A stretch of DNA of 63,436 nucleotides, counting the filler, from Octopus bimaculoides (lineage: Eukaryota), in NCBI RefSeq assembly GCF_001194135.2. It is 7 parts of 7 records of this genome, joined end to end, with 100 filler letters (N's around TTAATTAATTAA, not from the genome) between each part and the next. Parts side by side here need not be neighbours in the genome. Positions count along the whole stretch, not along the records: positions 28,212 to 45,152 come from NC_068990.1; positions 45,253 to 59,337 come from NC_068999.1; 5 more parts are not named here. One strand, written 5' to 3'. The position numbers and the translations under genes were made by a program. Positions 39,779 through 52,980 of this stretch are shown in pieces; positions within the stretch are counted from its first letter, which is position 1; each line of letters begins with the position of its first letter. The notes under the pieces are model-generated. The model made no database searches and was not told the origin of the DNA. It saw only the letters and a program-made list of their open reading frames with translations.

Positions 39779-40037
39779 GCATCAGACAAGATTGATGTAA
39801 AACAAATTTTGGCTTCAGATGCATCATCAATATTTGAGAACTGAGATTAATGGCAAAAATTTCCAACCCTCTTCAGACACCAACAGTTGATGGAAATATA
39901 GCAGAAATACTTCCATCAACAGGGGAAGGCATAAAAACTAAAAATAAGAAAAGTAGTCATATATTGTGGTGAGAATAGAAAAATGATGGAAAAGGATTTG
40001 TGTCAGAAATATAAAGGATTGACTTTTTCTTAAAGAA

Positions 40038-40898
40038 ATGCCAAAAGAAATAAAATCATCATTTCACTGTAATATCTGTGAAAAGTCATTTTCTCAAAAA
40101 GGTCACCTGACTATTCACAAACATATTCACACAGGTGAGAAGCCATATCATTGTGATATCTGTGGTAATTCGTTCTCTCAAATAAATACCTTGACTAAAC
40201 ATAGACATATTCATACAGGTGAGAAACCATATTGCTGTGATGTTTGTGGTAAATCATTCTCCCAAATAAATAATTTAACTAGACACAAACATACTCATAC
40301 AGGAGAGAAGCCATATCACTGTGATATCTGTGGTAAATCATTCTCTCAAAATGATCACTTAACTAAACACAAACGTATTCATACAGGGGAGAAACCATAT
40401 CACTGTGATATCTGTGGTAAATCCTTCTCTCGAAATGATGAGGTAACTATTCACAAACGTATCCATACAGGTGAAAAGCCATATTGTTGTGATATATGTG
40501 GTGATTCATTCTCTGTTACAAGTCATTTAACTACTCACAAACGTATTCATACAGGAGAGAGACCATATCACTGTGATACCTGTGGTAAGTCATTCTCTGG
40601 AAGTAGAAACTTAAATACTCACAAACGTATTCATACAGGGGAGAAACCATATCACTGTGATATCTGTGGTAAATCATTCTGTCAGAATGGTAACTTAACT
40701 ATTCACAAACGCATTCATACTGGAGAGAAACCATATCACTGTGACATCTGTGGTAAATCATTCTGTCAAAATGGCGAATTAACGAAACATAAATACATTC
40801 ATACAGGTGAGAAACCATATCACTGTGATATCTGTGGTAAATCATTCTCCCAAAAAAGTCACTTAACAACACATGTAGCTATTCATGCAGAAGAATAA
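40038..40898 (+). CDS. C2H2 zinc-finger protein, 286 aa, 10 tandem fingers
   Basis: Ten CxxC-x12-HxxxH units joined by TGE(K/R)P linkers; uninterrupted ORF; [11 protein letters not shown] unit typical of the expanded octopus C2H2 family. Confidence 0.95.
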   Translation: MPKEIKSSFHCNICEKSFSQKGHLTIHKHIHTGEKPYHCDICGNSFSQINTLTKHRHIHTGEKPYCCDVCGKSFSQINNLTRHKHTHTGEKPYHCDICGKSFSQNDHLTKHKRIHTGEKPYHCDICGKSFSRNDEVTIHKRIHTGEKPYCCDICGDSFSVTSHLTTHKRIHTGERPYHCDTCGKSFSGSRNLNTHKRIHTGEKPYHCDICGKSFCQNGNLTIHKRIHTGEKPYHCDICGKSFCQNGELTKHKYIHTGEKPYHCDICGKSFSQKSHLTTHVAIHAEE

Positions 40899-42195
40899 GT
40901 CAAAATTACTAGATACACCAACAAAAAGAAATGGAAAAAATTTGTTCAACAAACATTAAATGATATGCTATTGCAATCTTTATTTAACACAACCACCAAA
41001 ATTTATTATATAAAAAATAAATAGCTTATCTAACTCCAAATGTACTCACTAGGGAAGAATATATAATCTGTGATAACAGCTTCCTTACACTAACCATATC
41101 CATGTTGATATTGGTGAGATAACTTATCACGGTGAAACTTTAAAAAAAAAAAAATCATTCCTTTAGAATACTCAGATATATTCCAGTTCAGTGGTTCTCA
41201 CAACTTTTTTCTTCTTTTAACTATATTTCAGAATGTCAGTCGTTTCTTTTTTTACATTGTGCGAGTCAAAAGGTGAATTAAAATAACACACGTTATATTA
41301 AAAATCTTATTTTTACTAAATTAATACATATACATGTACTGTATTAGTATATACTAGGTCATCTCATAAGTTAACCCATCAAGCTGAATTAAGTTAAATG
41401 TTGCTGACTTTATCTCATGCACTTATTCATTGATATCAATACTGCTAATCCTTTGAACACTACTATTTGATAGTGAAACTGCTACAAATTGTTTTCTCTA
41501 ATCCATTTCCCATCCTACCTTGATATAACATTTTAGAGTTATTTAAATCCATTTTGATTATTTACAATTAAATTTTATCTTCTTGCCTCATTTTAACTTA
41601 CAAAATCATTTTCATATTTTTCATGGTTTTTTAATGCTAACTTGAGTTGGATGTGGATTTTACAGCCAAGTGCTCATCCTATTACCACCCGGGAATTATA
41701 TTGCCAGCCTTCAAAAGCTTAGAGCAATTGGTCATAATGTAAGTATTATCACTGTTTTGCTCAAGAGGGAACACATGGAACATCATCACTCATGCCCATG
41801 TATGCTATACATATATGTACTTATACAACAGGCTTATAATTTTCATCTACCACATTTACTTCCAAGACATTCGTTGGTCTGATGCTATAGGAAACTCCAA
41901 ATGTGTTGCACAGTGGAACCAAACCAAACCAAAAACTGCATGGCCATGATAAGAGCTTGTTAATCACACAGTCTTTTATTTAGACTAATCTTTTCCTTTT
42001 TTTTCGCATTGCTTTATTTAGACTAATCTTTTCCTTTTTTTTTCTCATTGCTTTCTTAATGACTTTATTAATTATTAAGTTTTAATAAAACTAAGTAAAA
42101 CATTTTCTTTAACCCCAGTACTATATCTAACCACCTCACTTCTCATCGTTTAATAGGAATCACATTTATTGTCATTTTCATCCATTTATTTTCAA

Positions 42196-42287
42196 CTAGC
42201 AGAAATACCAGGCGTTGCCCGGTTTAAAGAGAATAATGAAATCTAAAAACGCCGTCTAGACTACGCATCATCTTTATATATAAAGAT
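42196..42287. mobile_element. Short non-autonomous Helitron-like element
   Basis: CTAGCAGAAATACCAGGCGTTGCCCGG terminus and TTTATATATAAAGAT end, typical of HINE/Lep1-like elements. Confidence 0.5.
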
Positions 42288-43329
42288 GTATATACACACA
42301 CGCCCCCAAACACACGTATATATATGTATATCAATATAAATATATGAAAGTCAATGAAGTTTCGTAAAAGGTGATCATGTACATACTTTCTTGCAGTTGT
42401 GATTATAACACCTCGTTGTAAACAATGTTCCTTCTTTTCCCTTGTGGAGCATATACAAATAGGTTTTTTTTGCTGCCCACTCTTGAGCAGCCAACATACA
42501 GTTGTCCATGTGAGAAGCAAGGCTCTTCCAAGAGAAGACCAGCTACAGACAGTGTCTGACCCTGAGATTTGTTTATGGACNNNNNNNNNNNNNNNNNNNN
42601 NNNNNNNNNNNNNNNNNNNNNNNNNNNNNNNNNNNNNNNNNNNNNNNNNNNNNNNNNNNNNNNNNNNNNNNNNNNNNNNNNNNNNNNNNNNNNNNNNNNN
42701 NNNNNNNNNNNNNNNNNNNNNNNNNNNNNNNNNNNNNNNNNNNNNNNNNNNNNNNNNNNNNNNNNNNNNNNNNNNNNNNNNNNNNNNNNNNNNNNNNNNN
42801 NNNNNNNNNNNNNNNNNNNNNNNNNNNNNNNNNNNNNNNNNNNNNNNNNNNNNNNNNNNNNNNNNNNNNNNNNNNNNNNNNNNNNNNNNNNNNNNNNNNN
42901 NNNNNNNNNNNNNNNNNNNNNNNNNNNNNNNNNNNNNNNNNNNNNNNNNNNNNNNNNNNNNNNNNNNNNNNNNNNNNNNNNNNNNNNNNNNNNNNNNNNN
43001 NNNNNNNNNNNNNNNNNNNNNNNNNNNNNNNNNNNNNNNNNNNNNNNNNNNNNNNNNNNNNNNNNNNNNNNNNNNNNNNNNNNNNNNNNNNNNNNNNNNN
43101 NNNNNNNNNNNNNNNNNNNNNNNNNNNNNNNNNNNNNNNNNNNNNNNNNNNNNNNNNNNNNNNNNNNNNNNNNNNNNNNNNNNNNNNNNNNNNNNNNNNN
43201 NNNNNNNNNNNNNNNNNNNNNNNNNNNNNNNNNNNNNNTCTCTCTCTGTGAAAGTATCTGTCATTACAGTATCGAAATGTGATTGTTTCAGTTAGTGGAA
43301 TAGTTTCATTTTTAAAGTGAAAGTATATG

Positions 43330-43570
43330 ACATGAGTGTTTTTGTTTCACTTTTGACACGTAATACATAAATAGTGGAGGAGATATTATGTTGCCGTGTG
43401 CTCGAACTCTGCAAGAAGTTAAAAACTTTTTTTGACTAAAACACAACTGGAACCCTAAGTAAGGCATGTGTAAAATTTGAATGAAATTGGTTGCGTAGTT
43501 CTCGAGTTTTAGGGATTCACACAAACAGACAGACAGACAGACACACATTCTCATTTTTATATATATAGAT
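43330..43570. mobile_element. Non-autonomous Helitron-like element end
   Basis: AAATTTGAATGAAATTGGTTGCGTAGTT...(ACAG)n...TTTTATATATATAGAT. Confidence 0.5.
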
Positions 43571-44789
43571 TACAATCATAATTAAATCATTTCCATATTG
43601 CTACTCATGATATAATCTTTTACAAAATAAATTTAAAATTGTTTTACTTAATTATTACCTTAAATACAGTATGTAAATATACACTCTTTTAATTTATATC
43701 TTCTTCAACATTTTTTTTTTATACTAATGTATTTTTAATCCCGATCTCCTTTTACACTTAGTCCCTACAAATCTTCTCCCTATCATATTCTCATAGACTT
43801 GTTTTGGGGCTTAGAATTGAAGCCATGGCAGCTCAGTAATGAGAAAAAGGCCACAACATATCAGGTATCTTGTCTTGAATTCTGATCAATAGTATTTCAG
43901 CTGCAGTTGTATAATCAATGAAATTTTCCATGAGTTTTCTGCCAAAACATGGCTATAAATTGGGATGTGCAGAGAAAGAGACAGTCAGAGGCAACAAGCT
44001 TCATGAGAAGACAAGTTTATTGGTTGTTGCTTGACACCCACCTCCACCCTTCCAGGTTAAAAGAAATCATTCATCTTCAATGAACTCACAATGCGAAGAG
44101 AGTTGTTTTTTCTTGTTAAAGTATGCACATGTAACTCACTACTGGTAATCAGTGATAAAGTCTCCAGCAGGTAATTGTTATCGTTGTAATGTTTATGTAT
44201 AAATAAATGGTTTCCCTATAAACCTCAATGGACTTGGTTTTAATATGCCAAAAATACAGCCTTAAACAGCCCAACCAGTTATTCAATACCTATTTAATCA
44301 AACTTCCATAGATTTAGTTGTGAAAAACTATTATTCCTATCTCGACTTATTGAACCTTTAGTATATATTTATTAACCTAATTTGTTGTACCTTGGGAGAG
44401 CATTATTTTAGCCTATACCTTTTATGTTAGTGAAATACTAGAATCCATTTTCTTCATTTAACTAACATTACATGTTTGCACCATAAGAGTGGCCACTGTG
44501 TTATGTATGTTCTATAAAAGTGTTTTGTATATTGAAACCATAACCTACATTTATAACTGGAATTGAAGGTAGTGTTGTTATTTGCACTGGACAATAGTTG
44601 TGTTTGTGTATTGTTTGGCAAATAATCCACTGAAAACTCAAACAGGTAATAGATATCACTGACTTCCTGTGTGCAAAAGTGCACTGATATGAATTAAACA
44701 ATAACTCCATAAATATCTTACCCATTTCTATCTGATTTCTTTATGCTGTCTCTCTCTTAATCATCAACACCTCTTTGCTATCATCAAGG

Positions 44790-45152
44790 AAATGGTCATG
44801 CTTGATGTGTAGAAAAGGTGTATGTAGAAATTCTGAGGGTCATAGCCCAACTAATTAGGGAGCGAATCAATTTAGATGAGATGCAGTTTGGGTTCGTGCC
44901 AGGTAAAAGCACTACTGATGCCTTATTTCTAGTGAGACAGCTGCAGGAGAAATACCTAGCTAAGGATAAACCTCTGTACCTGGCTTTCGTTGACATGGAG
45001 AAAGCCTTTGACAGGGTCCCCTGATCCCTTATCTGGTGGTCAATGAGGAAACTTGGGATAGAAGAATGGTTAGTGAGAGCTGTGCGAGCCATGTACAGAG
45101 ATGCTGCCAGTAAGGTGAGGGTTGGAAATGAGTACAGCAATGAATTCCGGGT
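44790..45152 (+). mobile_element. RTE LINE reverse-transcriptase fragment
   Basis: QFGFVPGKSTTDALFLVRQLQEKYLAKDKPLYLAFVDMEKAFDRVP*...WSMRKLGIEEWLVRAVRAMY; one in-frame stop; cut by a gap. Confidence 0.92.
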
Positions 45153-45257
45153 NNNNNNNNNNNNNNNNNNNNNNNNNNNNNNNNNNNNNNNNNNNNTTAA
45201 TTAATTAANNNNNNNNNNNNNNNNNNNNNNNNNNNNNNNNNNNNNNNNNNNNATATG

Positions 45258-45291
<34 letters not shown>

Positions 45292-45337
45292 TGTGTGTAT
45301 ATCATTTCCAGGTAAACAAAAATTACATCTGAGAAAT

Positions 45338-45393
<56 letters not shown>

Positions 45394-46474
45394 TTGAGAG
45401 AAAGAGAGAGAGAGAACGATAACGTTAAATGTGTAGAAACTAGCTATACTGTGTGTAGAATGTCGACTACTTTGGGAGAGACAAAGTCAACGTAGTTTGA
45501 CAACGGAGGATGCATGGTCTGCCACAGAAGAAAAAAAAATGAAGAGAATTATGTGATTGAATTTCCCAGCACGAACGAAGTAACTAGCATAAATTGGATA
45601 ATATATCACAAAGAGTGATCGATAAATTCATTCATACAAATGAATGCACTGTATTTTGAATAAACGAATTGTAGAAGAGGAACATAACTGGACAAATATT
45701 TTATGCTGTATAATTGATACTAAATTATGTTTTAGTCAGCGGGGTGTGGGGGCTAGCATTCCCAGGCATCTTTGAAATGATGGGCGATGTTTGCAATGAT
45801 TCCTTAGGTTAGTTAATTTTTTTTTCCATGAGGTTCTGTACATGAAAGCCATGGCAGGAAGCTCATGAAAGAGAAGGAAGGAGAATAAAAATTGCAATTA
45901 CATTATTTATCAGCTGGATCAGAAAGCGAATTTCTTTCTCTTTGATCCGATCTTGCTTTCAAACACTGAAAGATCATAGACAAAATGTTATCCAATAATA
46001 ATTTATGCAGCGCCTGATTCTGTACACATTAAACATTAAACAACCAACATTTATCCATTTATCATATGTTATCATCAAAACAGAGATTGTTAGTTTAAGA
46101 TCCGAGAGAAATTTCCATCTCTTGATGACGGTTCGGGAAATACAGTTTCTCAGATAGCACACCCTATAAAAAAAAGTAAGAATAGCGTTCTCTTTGAAGA
46201 GAATATGATAGCCAAGTACAAAGGCGTACAAAGAGTAGTACATAAGGGAAATCTCTTCGCTATTTTTTCACCGTGTGTATATCATTGAGTTTATGTGAAA
46301 CGGATTCAACAGAAGTAATGTTTGATTGGCTGTCACTCATTTTTCTATATATTACAAAGATGATATTTTTTCGGACGCATGGTCCTTGTAAGAGTAATTT
46401 ACCCGGTATTTCTGCTGTTCTAACCACAATTCTGCCTTCGAAACAATATCATCTTGTTTAAATCTTACATACAT

Positions 46475-46830
46475 ACACACACACATATATGATGGACTCT
46501 CCCGTCCGTTTCGACGTATGAGTCTCCGACAACGTACTTTTACTTTGTCAGTTATAATGCTTATGTTGAATGTGACATTTAAGTCCTGCCAACGATTTGC
46601 AAAGAAGACCACAAATGTTGCGAGTTTGAGGATTACAGGTCATGGTAGGTGGTATATTTGCAGCCGCTTTTCTCCTTTGCTTTGCACCCCGAAGCCTTTT
46701 AATGATGGTTGCAGCAAATTTTGTAATACCATTTTCACACAACGATCTCCATTTTGTTCTGTCGGGCTTCTGGAATGTCAGCATTGAAGAAACTTGAAGT
46801 AGAATGGAACCGAATCAAACTGTTGAAATA
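46475..46830 (-). mobile_element. RTE (BovB-like) LINE 3' end
   Basis: DRTKWRSLCENGITKF...KRQRRK...CGLLCKSLAGLKCHIQHKH*, followed by ...CGAAACGGACGGGAGAGTCCATC tail. Confidence 0.75.
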
Positions 46831-47621
46831 ATACATGTTACTCCTACTAAATGTGTTGAGCACCTTTTCCTTTCGTTTATCAACTCACTCGTATACATAC
46901 ATACATACATACATACACACATACACATATACATACATATATACACACTCACACACATACGGACATACAGACACATATAAATACAGACATACATACATGT
47001 ATGTAATTATAAATACATGTACACACATACTTACACACGTACACGCACACACGCACATACACACACACACACACACGCACACACACACACATATACGTAC
47101 ATACATATCAATTTTGAAATTATTGAGATATTAGATACCCTATTAAGTAGGATAAGAATAGAACGCGTAGCGTGAACATAATCTGTCAATATACTGTCAA
47201 GGGAAGTGGATGCAGATAGAAAGAGAGATAGGGAGAGATGAGACAGATAGAGTGAGTGAAAGAGTGAGAGAAACAGGAAGAGAGGGAGAGTGAGGGAAGT
47301 AGAGACAAGGGGAAATAAACGGGGGAACAAAACCCATGAAGAAACCAAAGAAAGGCGTCGTTTGAAGCTTAATGAATAACAACAGAAGCTTGTTGGTGTC
47401 GTTATGATTTCGATAATGACCCCCGAGGATATATATATAATGGGTGTATATAGACTCTGTGACTGTTGCATGTCTTTTCATCATCTCTGTTTGCATCTCG
47501 AAAAACGTTTGCCTAATTGCAATCATGCATACGATGTTGATTGTACGCATGCTTTCACATATATATTCATTTTGGCACGCCTGTGCAGACGTCTGCGTGT
47601 ATATTATGCGTGTACCTATAC

Positions 47622-47717
<96 letters not shown>

Positions 47718-47722
47718 GTCTG

Positions 47723-47757
<35 letters not shown>

Positions 47758-49139
47758 NNNNNNNNNNNNNNNNNNNNNNNNNNNNNNNNNNNNNNNNNNN
47801 NNNNNNNNNNNNNNNNNNNNNNNNNNNNNNNNNNNNNNNNNNNNNNNNNNNNNNNNNNNNNNNNNNNNNNNNNNNNNNNNNNNNNNNNNNNNNNNNNNNN
47901 NNNNNNNNNNNNNNNNNNNNNNNNNNNNNNNNNNNNNNNNNNNNNNNNNNNNNNNNNNNNNNNNNNNNNNNNNNNNNNNNNNNNNNNNNNNNNNNNNNNN
48001 NNNNTATATATATATTAGTTTAGTATCGTCGCCCCTTCGTCGCTGCTTGGTTGTTGCTTCGTCGCTTCGTCGTTCGTTGTCATTGCCGTCATGGCGATCA
48101 TCGCCATGTTTAGTGTCGTCTCAAGCGACTACTGTAACTACAGCAAAACTGCATTTAATTTAAACTGCATTTATTTTGTAACATAATACACTATCGTGAC
48201 CTCATTTACCGATTCTCTTGAACAAATAATTTTCAATTATAATTGAATTTATTAAGAAATAACTTCTAGTATTTACCGGTCTTTCTTTTTCTTCGGTGTT
48301 TTTCACTTTGATTAGATTACTTAGTCTGGACATAAACACCAATAGTATAACTCAATAAGCTCTTCGTGATGTCGATATTCTGAATAACAATAGCAGTTAA
48401 GCCTGTCTGTCTTCTTAGATGCATTGCCTAGTATCGTGAATACTAACTGATTTTATTTTTCTACTTAGAATACATAAGCATTTGTCACGAAACATTTAGT
48501 TTTTCTACCCATTGCACCACGTTATTGATAATGATAATCAGTTGGGAGAAGATGTAGAAGGGGAGAGGGAGGAGTAAGAAGAGAGGAGAAGAAAATCGAC
48601 AGTCGACAAAGGTTACACTGTGTACGGTGTTTGCCCTTGTGTAGCAACTGTTGTTTCCTGTTTACTTAACCCTAGAAAGTATGGAAAAATGGCCGATATT
48701 TCTCACCTTGCTAGAGGGGCCCAGTTAGAATTTTCTTCAGGTTGAGTAGTCCATCCCGCTCAACTGGTCCCCGAATGAGATTTGTTTAGGGATGATGAAC
48801 GAAACACCCATGTTTCCAGGGGTAAATTATTCAAACCCCAAAGAATCCCTCTCCACACATGATTATGATGCTCCACCACTACTCCTGCTCATGATCAGAG
48901 ATGCACATATTGTCAGAGGGACGTGCTCAACTGGTTAAGGCAGAGCAAACTGACAAGCAAATCTGTGGTACTGAGCAGGGTATTTGCTATAATGATATTT
49001 CTGCTTCAGCAACTCAGCGCCGAATCTGTCTGAAATGTAATGGAAAATAGGTCATTTTCAAAATATTTAAGTACGGATCACAAAAGCAAAGTTTGAAGAG
49101 AACAGTAGTCATTTCCTTAACAACAGAAACAACAACAAC

Positions 49140-49320
49140 TGAGTGAAAGATCTGCTTATAGAGATAAGATTTGTTCATAAAAATAAAGAAGTTTGAAAAT
49201 ATGAGCTCCGCCAGAGATAAGGGTATCTAGAATATGTGAATCGAAAACAAAATTTCACGTTATAATAATAGGATCCTTGGGAATGATTAAAGAAAATGCA
49301 GACAAACTATAAACAAGCCC
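49140..49320 (+). mobile_element. Degenerate R4/Dong-like endonuclease C-terminus
   Basis: Across frameshifts reads approximately K.KKFEKY..L..EI..IW..KTK..VIIIGSLGMIK. Confidence 0.4.
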
Positions 49321-50004
49321 AATTGTGTGTACACCTACATGGATGTAAGAAGATAGATAACTCACAAAGTATAGCAGAGATAGTAGACCTATTAGAGAAC
49401 TTGAAAGGTTTGTTAATATAAAGGGAAAAAATGCTTATTACCTGAAGTGAGGAAAGTTNNNNNNNNNNNNNNNNNNNNNNNNNNNNNNNNNNNNNNNNNN
49501 NNNNNNNNNNNNNNNNNNNNNNNNNNNNNNNNNNNNNNNNNNNNNNNNNNNNNNNNNNNNNNNNNNNNNNNNNNNNNNNNNNNNNNNNNNNNNNNNNNNN
49601 NNNNNNNNNNNNNNNNNNNNNNNNNNNNNNNNNNNNNNNNNNNNNNNNNNNNNNNNNNNNNNNNNNNNNNNNNNNNNNNNNNNNNNNNNNNNNNNNNNNN
49701 NNNNNNNNNNNNNNNNNNNNNNNNNNNNNNNNNNNNNNNNNNNNNNNNNNNNNNNNNNNNNNNNNNNNNNNNNNNNNNNNNNNNNNNNNNNNNNNNNNNN
49801 NNNNNNNNNNNNNNNNNNNNNNNNNNNNNNNNNNNNNNNNNNNNNNNNNNNNNNNNNNNNNNNNNNNNNNNNNNNNNNNNNNNNNNNNNNNNNNNNNNNN
49901 NNNNNNNNNNNNNNNNNNNNNNNNNNNNNNNNNNNNNNNNNNNNNNNNNNNNNNNNNNNNNNNNNNNNNNNNNNNNNNNNNNNNNNNNNNNNNNNNNNNN
50001 NNNN

Positions 50005-50005
50005 N

Positions 50006-50097
<92 letters not shown>

Positions 50098-50400
50098 TAG
50101 TAGTGGTAGTAGTAGTTGAAGAATACATTGACCATCGTAGCGACAGTAACTAAGGAGCGAGACCGTTGATGAATAAGCTGAGAATGAAAATGATGACGAT
50201 GAGGAAGTGGAGGAAGAAGAAAAGGATGATGATGATGATGATGATGATATTGGCGATGAGAATCATGATGATGATAAAAATGACGATGACGACGATGATT
50301 ATGATGACGATGATGAGGATGAGGATGAAGAAGGGGAGGAGGAGGAATAGGAGGACGACGGCGGTGACGACGACGACAACGAATAAAACGAGCTGTAATG
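50005..50400. repeat. Compound trinucleotide repeats (ATT)n, (AGT)n, then (GAT/GAC/GAG)n
   Basis: Read directly from the sequence. Confidence 0.95.
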
Positions 50401-50601
50401 TTTGTTTTAATAAAGCTTAAGAGAAATCAAGGAAACAAAAAAAAAGCAGAATAAGAATGAATAGAATTAACAACGACAACAACAGTAGCAACAACAATGA
50501 GGAAATGATGTCACTCGAGATGAAAGCTAAGAAAGAGACAACCAACGTGAGAAAAGGCGAATCAAGTTAAGAACTTCACAAGAAAATTTCTAAATTTTCT
50601 A

Positions 50602-51040
50602 GGCGCAGGAGTGGCTGTGTGGTAAGTAGCTTGCTTACCAACTACATGGTCCCGGGTTCAGTCCCACTGCGTGGCACCTTGGGCAAGTGTCTTCTACGAT
50701 AGCCTCGGGCCGACCAAAGCCTTGTGAGTGGATTTGGTAGACGGAAACTGAAAGAAGCCCGTCGTATATATATGTATATATATATATATGTATGTGTGTA
50801 TATGTTTGTGTGTCTGTTTGTGTGTCTGTGTTTGTCCCCCCAACATCGCTTGACTATCGATGTTGGTGTGTTTATGTCCCCGTAACTTAGCGGTTCGGCA
50901 AAACAGACCGATAGAATAAGTACTAGGCTTCCAAAGAATAAGTCCTGGGGTCGATTTGCTCGATTAAAGGCGGTGCTCCAGCATGGCTACATTAAAAAAA
51001 AAGACTGAAACAAGTAAAAGAGTAAAGTGTAAAAGAGTAA
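50602..51040 (+). mobile_element. Octopus SINE family A, full length
   Basis: GGCGCAGGAGTGGCTGTGTGGTAAG head, GGTTCAGTCCC B-box-like motif, (TA/TG) centre, GCTCCAGCATGG...GACTGAAACAAGTAAAAGAG tail. Confidence 0.92.
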
Positions 51041-51564
51041 ATTAATATGAAAAATAAGTTAGTGATCCGGTGAGAGAATCTGTCTGTTTTCCGAACATCT
51101 GTAATAATAGAGTCTGGAACACTGCGGCAAGCATCATCGTCTTATAAAGTTTATTGTAAACAAGATTTAAATTACTTGATGTAATTGATGATGGTCTAGT
51201 TTGGGTTAGAAATTCTCAACCGTGACTAGACAAATATTATGGTACTCAATCAAAACAGATTGATGTTATGATGTTTGACCATGACAGGCAGACAATGCAT
51301 CAGAATTAAATCACTGATTGCTGAATCTCTTCATAATTTATGAGGACGGAAGAAAAACAAAACGGTGGCTGTAATAATTGGTGCATTGGTTATTATAAAG
51401 ACAAAAGCATAAGAGATGTTTCGGAAGTGTATTTGCCAGACGGGAGATTTCATGTCAGAGTGTGTGTTGGAACTCAAACGAGTGATGCGTGGAAGACATT
51501 AACAATTCAAAAACGCACAAATACTGTTAATTTCAGTTAAGCATTTATTATTTAGTGCCAAAAT

Positions 51565-51785
51565 AGGACGGGCAGTTGGTAGAATCGTTACCACGTCTGG
51601 CATGTCTTCCGGCTCCACGTTCTGAGTTCAAATTCTACCGAAGTAGACTTTTGTCATTCACTACTTTTCAGCGTCGATAGAACAGGAAGTAGTCGATCGC
51701 TGGTGTTGATGTAATGGAGTACCCCCCTCCCACCTCCACCTAAATTTGAGACTTTGTACTTATAGTAGGAAGGGTTACTTTTTCT
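51565..51785 (+). mobile_element. SINE family B copy
   Basis: GGTAGAATCGTTACCACG...TTCTGAGTTCAAATTCTACCGAAG. Confidence 0.75.
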
Positions 51786-52257
51786 TCTTCTTCAACCATT
51801 AGTACGATACAAAAAAATTGCCAACGAAACAAGAGGTGCAACTGGTGTTTTGTGCCGAATGGTGTGTAGTGTGTCCTTGAGTGTAATAGAATAGTTCTAT
51901 TGTAAATAAGAATATTAGATTTTAGGAATATTAGATTTTATATTAGTGGAATCGTGGCTTGAAATAAATGATAAGAATCATACGAACGATTGTAACTAAT
52001 TACTAAAAATTGATAAGATTAGGAAGAAAGGATATAAAATAAGATAAGGAAATAACATATCAAAGATTATAGATGGGTCTAAAGCCAAAATAAATCATAG
52101 TGAAATAATGGTGTTTATTAACGAGAAACAATGGATAAACAATATCAGTTCTTGTAGCTGTTGCTGCTATTATTATTATAATAGTTGTTATTATTAAAAC
52201 TTACGCCTTCACCGAATTTGCAGAGCTTGTGCTAAAACTTGAAACCAACAATATTCT

Positions 52258-52480
52258 AAGGCAGCGAGCTGGCAGAATCGTTAGCACGCTGGGTAGAATA
52301 CTTAACGATATTTTGTCCATCTCTAAGTTCTGAGTTTTAAATTCCGCCGAGATCGACTTTGCCTTTCATCCTTTCTGGAGTTGATGCAATCGATTAGCCC
52401 CCTACCCCAAAATTTCAGGCTTTGTGCCTATAGTAGAAAGGGTTATTATGGCGGCGAGCTGGCAGAATCGTTTGGCCAAC
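52258..52480 (+). mobile_element. SINE family B copy plus a second head fragment
   Basis: AAGGCAGCGAGCTGGCAGAATCGTTAGC...GTAGAAAGGGTTATTAT, then GGCGGCGAGCTGGCAGAATCGTT. Confidence 0.85.
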
Positions 52481-52489
52481 CGGCCTCTT

Positions 52490-52980
52490 CATGAACTTGT
52501 GGGACACAAAGCTTAGACAATCCTTTGGTGAACACTACATACTGTAGATATGTAGATGATATCAACATTCTGGTTAGAACAATCGCATGTAATCGTACCG
52601 AGAGGAGTAGGATGGAGAGCATCCAGAGCATAGCTAACTTCACCCACCAGAGTCTCATGGTAACCATAGTAACATTAGGTACCTTAACAGTTGTCTCCCT
52701 GTTCTTGATGCCGAAATTTGGTTAGAGACCGTAAACAATAGTACAGCTCCCCAATTCCTATTACATGAAACCCATAGCTTTCAAGTATGTTATTCACAAA
52801 AACTTAGTTTTGTCACACAACGTGAAGATTAGCATACTTAGAATAATGGACGATGTGTCTTCCGTGTTTGAATCCTATGAAATAAGGATTCATACGTAGA
52901 ACTTCATTCACCGCATGCGGTTCTCTGGATATGACTAGAAAGATAACGTTCGAGTACACAGAGAAACCACAACGAAAGGC
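52490..52980 (+). mobile_element. Penelope-like reverse-transcriptase relic
   Basis: YCRYVDDINILVR (YxDD), then across a frameshift LDAEIWL ... RMRFSGY, consistent with the PLE RT thumb. Confidence 0.55.

Noticed and set aside
43797-43864. Exon-like segment reading LFWGLELKPWQ, similar to a nucleoplasmin/NPL-FKBP N-terminus
   Set aside because: Similarity stops after 8 residues and no partner exons were seen; the opposite strand looks like a stop-ridden transposase relic (possibly MULE), itself too weak to call.
49307-50420. Poly-T/N/Y and poly-M/K/R ORFs
   Set aside because: Products of compound trinucleotide repeats next to a gap.
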